This document shows positions 57,297 to 64,000 of a stretch of DNA of 64,000 nucleotides, in pieces (position 1 is the first letter of the stretch; each line of letters opens with the position of its first letter). Under the pieces are notes generated by a model. It saw only the letters and a list, made by a program, of their open reading frames with translations. It ran no database searches and was not told the origin of the DNA. Location: positions 12,464 to 76,463 of IMG/VR virus record IMGVR_UViG_3300007276_000043. One strand, given 5' to 3'. Source of the DNA: a virus. Made by a program: the position numbers and the translations under genes.

Positions 57297-59092
57297 TATT
57301 TAACAGTTCCTTTAATATCTAAGTCGGGGTATTTTAATTCAGCAATAACGTTTTGCGGCATTTTTATAAAAGTTCCGTCGCGTGATAATGCATCACGAAA
57401 ATTTAAAGCCGATGAAGAATAATTTCCGCCAGTTATATTTTCCAAAACTACGTCTTTTACGCTTGTTACGCCATCAATGTCATTTAATCTTTGATATATT
57501 CTTGTTATATATATTGGCTCCCCAACATAAGACACTTCTTTGAAATATGTTTTTAAGTCTTCTATACACTCTGCTAACACAGAATCAGTGTCAAATCTTT
57601 TATCTATTTGAGCTACAAAATCAACCGAAAAATTGATTACTTTTACATCCATGATATCCACAACATCATTAAGCATTTTATATGAAGTGAGCCAATTTTT
57701 TAAATTATTTTTTGTAACGCTGTTGGTAGCGGCCAACTTTCCTTGTGAATCTTCTGAAACAACATATAAAGATAATCTTCTGTTTGTTGAAGAGGGGTCA
57801 TTAACAATGTTCGCTCTTTTAATTGCGCCAAATTTAGCAGGCATGTTGTAAACTAATGATTCATAATCTTGTTTTGAGACGGCACGATTTTGAGCGGAAT
57901 AAGAAGCTATTGCTCTCTGCTTTAATTCTTCCAATGTTATGTCTGCATTTACAGAAGTTATCGGCAATTCATTTGTTATTTCTAAAGAATTGGATACAGT
58001 GTTTTTCTTGTCTTGGTCTAAATCAGCGTCAACATCAAAAACCAATTCACTTTGCGACACTATAGAAACACTATTTGTTCCAACACTGCTTCCGACCTGA
58101 TCATTGGATCTATATGCAATAGTTAAAGTTGTATTAGAGGGAGAAATTCCGAGTTTATTGGTTGATATCAGTTTTGTTGGGTCAAAAGAGTTTTCTGATA
58201 TTGTTCTTTTACCGTGTAAGTTCAAAGCTATTTTAGAAGGATCGGTTAACCCAGTAGCGTCTTCACCCTCAGAGCCGAAACCAAACTGAATGTATGTTCC
58301 TTCGTCATCTCTTTGTGTAACAAATCTTCTAGTAGCTACAAATGGTTTAATTATTGATCTCACTCCGTCTGCTATAGCATTTTGGTTTGTTGTTTCTATA
58401 AAGATTACTTCTTGTGCTAGGTTATCGACTTCATAATATTGATTACCCTCAGAATCAAATACACTTTGCACTTCGCTTATTGTTGAGTCGCCGATTCTAA
58501 TTCTCTTGAATCTTTCAAAAACAGATTCCACTTCCACTTCAGTTGAAAATATCAATCCAGATTGTATCATACCATTTGCCTTTACTGCAAAAAAGGTAGT
58601 GGCTCCTGTTGTTTCATTAAATCGGGCAGCTACAAATTCATTTTTAGCATCATTAAATACTATATCTTCTGTTAAAGCAAAATTCACACCATTGCCTGTT
58701 GAAAAAACCGAACCTCTTTTCAAAGTTGGTAAAAAAGTTAAATCTGGTGCGGTTCCTTCGGCGTTTGCTGGGCATAGCACATATGCTGTGATGACTCCAT
58801 ATGACGAGGGTATCCCTGTATAGTTGTACCCTAAAGCTCTTGCGTGTTTTCTAACATTATCAAATTCTATAGCCGTGTCTAAAAAACTTTCATTTACACT
58901 GTAATCTACATAATAAGATAAAACATCACCAACATATGCAACACTATCTAAAATCATTGACCCAAAAGAAGCATCCGTAAAGTCTTTATAAGACTCAGGA
59001 TAATACCTTTTAGCATAGTCCACCAGATCTTGTTTTATCGAGGCAAACTCTCTACTGGTGTAGTTTATATTAATATTTTTACTTTTCGGCAT
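57296..59092 (-). CDS. Baseplate wedge subunit (gp6-like)
   Basis: F.SIKQDL.DY...DF..AS.G...AYVGDVLSYY.D...NESFLDTA; AQNRAVSKQDY. Confidence 0.9.
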   Translation of the reverse strand: MPKSKNININYTSREFASIKQDLVDYAKRYYPESYKDFTDASFGSMILDSVAYVGDVLSYYVDYSVNESFLDTAIEFDNVRKHARALGYNYTGIPSSYGVITAYVLCPANAEGTAPDLTFLPTLKRGSVFSTGNGVNFALTEDIVFNDAKNEFVAARFNETTGATTFFAVKANGMIQSGLIFSTEVEVESVFERFKRIRIGDSTISEVQSVFDSEGNQYYEVDNLAQEVIFIETTNQNAIADGVRSIIKPFVATRRFVTQRDDEGTYIQFGFGSEGEDATGLTDPSKIALNLHGKRTISENSFDPTKLISTNKLGISPSNTTLTIAYRSNDQVGSSVGTNSVSIVSQSELVFDVDADLDQDKKNTVSNSLEITNELPITSVNADITLEELKQRAIASYSAQNRAVSKQDYESLVYNMPAKFGAIKRANIVNDPSSTNRRLSLYVVSEDSQGKLAATNSVTKNNLKNWLTSYKMLNDVVDIMDVKVINFSVDFVAQIDKRFDTDSVLAECIEDLKTYFKEVSYVGEPIYITRIYQRLNDIDGVTSVKDVVLENITGGNYSSSALNFRDALSRDGTFIKMPQNVIAELKYPDLDIKGTVK

Positions 59093-59117
59093 TAATGTGG
59101 AACTCCGTAATTCACAA

Positions 59118-59125
59118 TAAATAGA
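59118..59125 (-). promoter_or_regulatory. Putative late-promoter octamer TCTATTTA
   Basis: Intergenic, upstream of gp6-like gene. Confidence 0.6.
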
Positions 59126-59132
59126 TTTCTAG

Positions 59133-59510
59133 TTAAATATTTGTTATATCTAAGTCAATAGAATCCACAATTTGTGCAAATTCAATTTCATAGTTCAATT
59201 TAATGTTTATGCTTATGTCATCTATTGGTCTAATAGACAGTCTTATAATTGTTATGTAAGGTGCATATGTGGCTATTTGTTCTACTATTCTTTGTTGTGC
59301 ATCATTTATTAACTCAAAAGAACCTTGTTCAAACAACAAATTCATAATACCAACGCCAAAATCAGGTATCATTATTCTTTCACCAGGGTTTGTTAAAATG
59401 ATGTTTTTTAGATTAAATCTCACCGTTTCTTGAAGATCTGCTAGTTTATACCCTGCATTATCTTCGGTGATTTCTAATGGAAACGATACACCTGGTGTTT
59501 CTTTTGGCAT
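59133..59510 (-). CDS. Baseplate wedge/sheath initiator (gp25-like)
   Basis: NLKNIILTNPGERIMIPDFGVG. Confidence 0.9.
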   Translation of the reverse strand: MPKETPGVSFPLEITEDNAGYKLADLQETVRFNLKNIILTNPGERIMIPDFGVGIMNLLFEQGSFELINDAQQRIVEQIATYAPYITIIRLSIRPIDDISINIKLNYEIEFAQIVDSIDLDITNI

Positions 59511-59521
59511 TTATTTATCCT

Positions 59522-62500
59522 CTATCTTTTTATATTAAATAATCCACCGAACTGATTTTGACACTCTTTGCCTTCTTTATCTGTTGGTTTATTTGGTTTT
59601 ATTCTTCTTCTGGTCAACCAAGATACTTCCTCGGTGAGTGCTGTAGCGGCATATGACTTTGCAAGGGCTTTTTGTGCTACTAATGATAATTCATCAATTT
59701 CTTCTTCTTCGTTTGGAGGGTCAAAATCATTTCTTTTATAATTTGATACAAAAATCTTTCTACACTCACTTCTTGAATCATTGAAAAAGTCCGAACGATC
59801 GTCTGCGTCTGGTAAATCAATATCACCTCCAAACAAATCAGCAAATACAGATATATCTGGTTCTCTTCGTTCTCCTTGTCCTAAGCCAATCGATGGAACG
59901 AAATTTAAATCAGAATAACAAGCAAGGGCTGATCCTATTTTTTTAACATTCAATATCTTGTTAAGAATTAAATTATACTCTTCAGATTGTGCAAGTCCAT
60001 CGATAAAACATTTTAGATCTTGATTGAAATCTTCTGTTGCTGTTTTTAACGAAGATAGTTTTACATCAATAATATCCTTTTCATATGTTGCAAGGGGGAA
60101 ATGCAAACATCGACCAACACTTGGCATATTGATAGCAAAAGTTCTTTCTTGTTTTGATTTCTCCATTATTTCTGATAAATCTGATCTTGTTAATAAATTA
60201 ATATTATTTATGAGTTCTTCTGGTGCTATATAAACAAGCCTGACTCCAAACTTGATTCCAATTGATCCAGTATAACCCTCTTCGACTTCAGAAGAAATTT
60301 TAGCATCGCCAAACCAATCAGAAATATTAACATCGTCCGGTATTTCCTGTGTATTTAGGAAATCAATAAATTCTTGTATATTTTGGATCCCAGAAGGAAG
60401 ATTATCTGGTCTTGAAACAGCGGTTGCTTCAGCAATTTGTCCCGGTGTTTGCGCAACTGTTAAGCCCAATATACTTGTGGATTCTGGTATTTTTGGAACA
60501 GCCCTTAAATATTTTTCCAAATAAAGTCCACCCGATTGTTTGATGTTTTGTTTTTCTTGAGAGGATAAAGAATTCTCAAGAAGTCGGTTGACTCCATCAT
60601 CTTGGGCACAATGATTTATGGTTCCATAATATTCTGTTGAAGATTGTGTAGTTTGATCTATACCAGAAGTCCCACCAATGGGAACCTCAACATCGTATAT
60701 ACCGGCTCTAATATTATTTCCATAAAGTACTTTAGAACCTCCGATAAAGAATTTATTAATGTCATAAATCAAAGGTCTTGGGTTTAATTCGGAAGCCAAT
60801 TTTGTAGAGTAAAACTGAACCTGTTCTCTGATTAGTCTCTTCAAAAACACTTTACAAGACTCTTCGTTCTCTGCTATTGTTGCTATTTTTGCAGAAAAGT
60901 TCATTTGTGCTTGGGTCCAAAATCTAAATCCACCGCCAAACATTATTGTTATTTTGTCTTGCTCGTCTCCAAAGTCATCGGCAATTGTTTGAAAAAAGCC
61001 AGTTTTAAGAGTTTTATTCCAATCTTTTGTGTTTCTAGAGATTAAATAGCCGCCAACTGCTGGGTATGCATATACATCGTCAAAGTCATTTCTAGCAGCA
61101 TTTAAAAACTCTGATACATTTTGAGGGGGAGGAGAAATCTGTATTTTAAAAGCATTATCAAATAAAGCACCGGTATCTCTTGAGGGCTTCACATATGCTA
61201 TCTGAGCATTGTTTATTGTTTCCATTGCTACTTCTGTTTCCGCATCAACAGTCATTTCTCCAAGTTTTATTTTTCTATTATAAACTTGAGCACATTGTTC
61301 TAAAAATAATAGCCAGTATGTGTAACCTTCATAAGTTGAAGCAAAGAAACTTCTTTCATTTGATAAACCTTGCTCCATTTTAGAAACTATGTATTCATAA
61401 ATTAATTCTTCATAATTGTTATTATTTAAAGCCAAATTGCCATGAATCCCAAAAGAATTAATAATAAAATGTGTTAAATATACTCTTATTGTTGCAGTGA
61501 TTGATTGTTCCAATGCAGCGAGAGTTGCTGGTGAGGCTATTTTTTCAAAAGGTATTTCATCAACACATTCAGGAGATTGTGATAACTTTTCACTTGGCTT
61601 TATCTTATCTTCTTTTGTAGCCATTTCGTTTTCCAATTGTTCTAATTGAAGAAAATTAGTAGCCCTTGGATTGCAGCCATCAATATTTGGGACTAATATT
61701 TTACTAAAAGCAAGCCACCCACGGGGTAAGTCGGGCTCTATATAAATGTTTGGTGTCTCATAGGTTCCTCCGTGCTTTAAGGGATCTAAGAATTTAACTC
61801 TTGGGTTGTTCGTTAAACTTCTTCCCAAGACGGCTTCGTCTTCGTCATATGTATAATCTGTCGCACCAGGGAGAGGATTTACATAAGTTAAATCGTCAAC
61901 TGTTATGAGTTTCTGGTCTGAGCCGCCGTGAACAAATCCATTTGAAATGTTTCCATTTTCATCGCTCAAAATACTGTTTTTAAAATCACCAAATAATATG
62001 TTATTAATATTTCTAACAATATTTCCTATTTCTTCTATTGGAAGATCAAGAGTATCAGAAATAACTGTAAGTTTAGATTCCAAGTAATTTTTAAGAATAT
62101 AGTTTTTATAATTATTGCTCAAGTTACCTGGTGTGGGGTCATAAGATAGTTCTGTGTTTGATGGGACAAACTCACTTATAAACTGTGTTTCGCTGGGTGT
62201 GTTTATATTTTCAACAATAATATCTTTCATTGGAGGAACAGTATAAGTGCCTTGTCCCATAGAAAAACTATAATTAAAATTATTATTGTGATATTGTTGT
62301 CCTTGAACTTCAACAGGGTAAGAATCTTCTAAAATAAGTTTTGTGATATATCTATCTGAATACTGTAATCCATTCTCATAATCAAGAAATACTTTTAAAT
62401 CCTGACCGTAAAACAAATTGGAATTAAGGAGTTTAGCTCTCATTTGAGCACCAACAGTTTCTGGGAAGGGTGCCTCATTATCAAAAAGACCAATAACACA

Positions 62501-64000
62501 AAGTAATCTGAAAAATAAGTTGTTTCTTACTCTCATATGTTTAGCATAATTGTATCCAATTGAATCTGCTGTTATCATCAATAAGATTCCAATTGAATCA
62601 GTAAATTCAAAAGGGTTCTCTTCTACTGTATCGTCAATGAAAGCCTTTTGAAGACGAGCGAAAGCACCTTTTGCTAGTTGTTCTTTTTGTTTTTCTAATT
62701 CTTCTGGTGTCTTCAATAAAGACTTGTCAACTGAACAATCGGGATCAGGAGGGGCAAACAAGTTGTCTATTTCGTCTTGTAGAATACCCTCTGGTCCTTT
62801 TGCAAGTATATCTGCGAGATCTGCTAAATCGGATCTTGCTCGGTCTCTTTGATTATCAACAAAATCATTAGCAATATTTGGATCCCCAATTTGATTAGCA
62901 TAAATTACTTTCAAATTATTATAGTATTCTTTTGCTTGGTCATTTGTCAAACAAATGCTTGGATCTAATGGAAAGAATTGTTGCGGATCAGCAGCGATTG
63001 CAGCGGCTCTTTCTCTTTGTTCTTCTGATAGATAGTTACCGGCTGATTGCAGCACACTATCTAAGCCATTTGAGGTTCCAAGCGTTGAGGCATAGTCTGG
63101 GTGTACTATCCCTATTGTTCTTGATACGTTTTCAAGAAAGTTTGGATCCGCTTGTCCCGTCATTGCTTTTAAATAATCTTGTTCTGATCCAAGAGTGGAT
63201 AGTGTTTCAAGAACTTCTTTTGGTGTTGTTGTTCCTCTCTTTGGGGCACCACTTAAAGAAAACAATTTATCTACACTTTTATCTTTCTCGTCGCTATCTA
63301 ATTGGTCTCCACAAACAGCATCAGAAAGTATCTCTGTGATTGAGCGATCAAATCTTCCACCACTTCGAGAGGCAAAATATAAATCTTGTGTAAGTTCGCT
63401 AGAAAAAGTTAATGCTTCACAGATTCCCGCTTCAAGTGCTTGTATCGATTTTAACATCAAAGCGGAAACAATTTGAGAAGTTGTTTTTTTGAACGCAAAC
63501 ATAAATGCGTCTTTAAAACTTCCCCAAACATCATACAAATCAGGGAGTTGTTTTAATTGCGGTAAAGAAAACGGTCTTGTTTTTCCTTTGCCGCAAGCAC
63601 CAAGTGTAAATGTTCCCAAAAACTCGTCTATTGGAGGATAAGCGAAAGAATATTTTGGACAATCAAAAGAAGCAAAAAACTCTCCAACAATAGAAGCACC
63701 TGGTAGTTTTTCTAATCCAGTTAAAATTTCTTGAACTGAGGCATTTTCAATAATGGCGTTTCCATATGCTCTCATCAATTCCTTCTGGACATTTCCAACG
63801 GCTCTACCGTAAGTTCCTTGTCTTACTTTATCCCCTTCTTGAATGGAGGCATAATCTAGTTTTTGCTTTTCCTTGTCTATAATCTTTTGTTGCTCTTCGG
63901 GTGTTTTATCAGCAAAACCAATCGTATCAGAATTCGTTTTGAGTTCTTCTAAAGCCCTGTCTTCTGATTCGGCTAACTGTTGTTTTATACTTGCTTCTTG
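59522..64000 (-). CDS. Very large hypothetical protein, 5' end outside the window
   Basis: Frame stays open from 63778 to 64000 (74 more codons), so >1490 aa. Confidence 0.7.
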   Translation of the reverse strand, partial: QEASIKQQLAESEDRALEELKTNSDTIGFADKTPEEQQKIIDKEKQKLDYASIQEGDKVRQGTYGRAVGNVQKELMRAYGNAIIENASVQEILTGLEKLPGASIVGEFFASFDCPKYSFAYPPIDEFLGTFTLGACGKGKTRPFSLPQLKQLPDLYDVWGSFKDAFMFAFKKTTSQIVSALMLKSIQALEAGICEALTFSSELTQDLYFASRSGGRFDRSITEILSDAVCGDQLDSDEKDKSVDKLFSLSGAPKRGTTTPKEVLETLSTLGSEQDYLKAMTGQADPNFLENVSRTIGIVHPDYASTLGTSNGLDSVLQSAGNYLSEEQRERAAAIAADPQQFFPLDPSICLTNDQAKEYYNNLKVIYANQIGDPNIANDFVDNQRDRARSDLADLADILAKGPEGILQDEIDNLFAPPDPDCSVDKSLLKTPEELEKQKEQLAKGAFARLQKAFIDDTVEENPFEFTDSIGILLMITADSIGYNYAKHMRVRNNLFFRLLCVIGLFDNEAPFPETVGAQMRAKLLNSNLFYGQDLKVFLDYENGLQYSDRYITKLILEDSYPVEVQGQQYHNNNFNYSFSMGQGTYTVPPMKDIIVENINTPSETQFISEFVPSNTELSYDPTPGNLSNNYKNYILKNYLESKLTVISDTLDLPIEEIGNIVRNINNILFGDFKNSILSDENGNISNGFVHGGSDQKLITVDDLTYVNPLPGATDYTYDEDEAVLGRSLTNNPRVKFLDPLKHGGTYETPNIYIEPDLPRGWLAFSKILVPNIDGCNPRATNFLQLEQLENEMATKEDKIKPSEKLSQSPECVDEIPFEKIASPATLAALEQSITATIRVYLTHFIINSFGIHGNLALNNNNYEELIYEYIVSKMEQGLSNERSFFASTYEGYTYWLLFLEQCAQVYNRKIKLGEMTVDAETEVAMETINNAQIAYVKPSRDTGALFDNAFKIQISPPPQNVSEFLNAARNDFDDVYAYPAVGGYLISRNTKDWNKTLKTGFFQTIADDFGDEQDKITIMFGGGFRFWTQAQMNFSAKIATIAENEESCKVFLKRLIREQVQFYSTKLASELNPRPLIYDINKFFIGGSKVLYGNNIRAGIYDVEVPIGGTSGIDQTTQSSTEYYGTINHCAQDDGVNRLLENSLSSQEKQNIKQSGGLYLEKYLRAVPKIPESTSILGLTVAQTPGQIAEATAVSRPDNLPSGIQNIQEFIDFLNTQEIPDDVNISDWFGDAKISSEVEEGYTGSIGIKFGVRLVYIAPEELINNINLLTRSDLSEIMEKSKQERTFAINMPSVGRCLHFPLATYEKDIIDVKLSSLKTATEDFNQDLKCFIDGLAQSEEYNLILNKILNVKKIGSALACYSDLNFVPSIGLGQGERREPDISVFADLFGGDIDLPDADDRSDFFNDSRSECRKIFVSNYKRNDFDPPNEEEEIDELSLVAQKALAKSYAATALTEEVSWLTRRRIKPNKPTDKEGKECQNQFGGLFNIKR

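Noticed and set aside
163-59510. Extracellular contractile injection system or tailocin
   Set aside because: Capsid, portal, terminase and protease are present, so this is a complete phage morphogenesis region
554-63476. Numerous plus-strand and nested ORFs in the track
   Set aside because: All are shadows of long minus-strand genes, lack SD sites and recognisable motifs, and reflect codon bias
1-64000. Stop-codon reassignment
   Set aside because: Conserved genes are full length in code 11 and TAA, TAG and TGA all serve as stops

Overview
The window is a 64-kb segment of a large, AT-rich dsDNA myovirus genome (T4-like/jumbo-type, standard genetic code), with essentially all genes on the minus strand. 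In transcription order (high to low coordinate) it holds: a baseplate/tail block (truncated >1400-aa protein, gp25, gp6, DNRLRE- and LamG-containing proteins); RuvC; a nucleotidyltransferase; a sigma70-driven operon of primase, ATP-dependent PEP carboxykinase and a fused Mre11-Rad50 (SbcD-SbcC); small membrane, lysis-like genes; large terminase, portal, prohead protease and ribosomal protein bS21; a 9-kb array of paralogous fibre/lectin genes; then scaffold, major capsid, neck, tail sheath and the start of the tail tube. Most notable are: (1) an intact phage-encoded PEP carboxykinase; (2) two families of short N-terminal tags shared by unrelated proteins, resembling a cleavable capsid-loading system; (3) a conserved upstream octamer, CTA(T/A/G)TTA core, in about 17 copies, which is the reverse complement of the T4 late box, including a palindromic double copy on the bS21 stop codon; (4) strong [ST]-[GAS]-S enrichment in virion proteins and four products ending in SGS; (5) unannotated micro-ORFs, a leaderless ruvC and a structured leader. 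All calls come from motif recognition by eye; no database searches were run.
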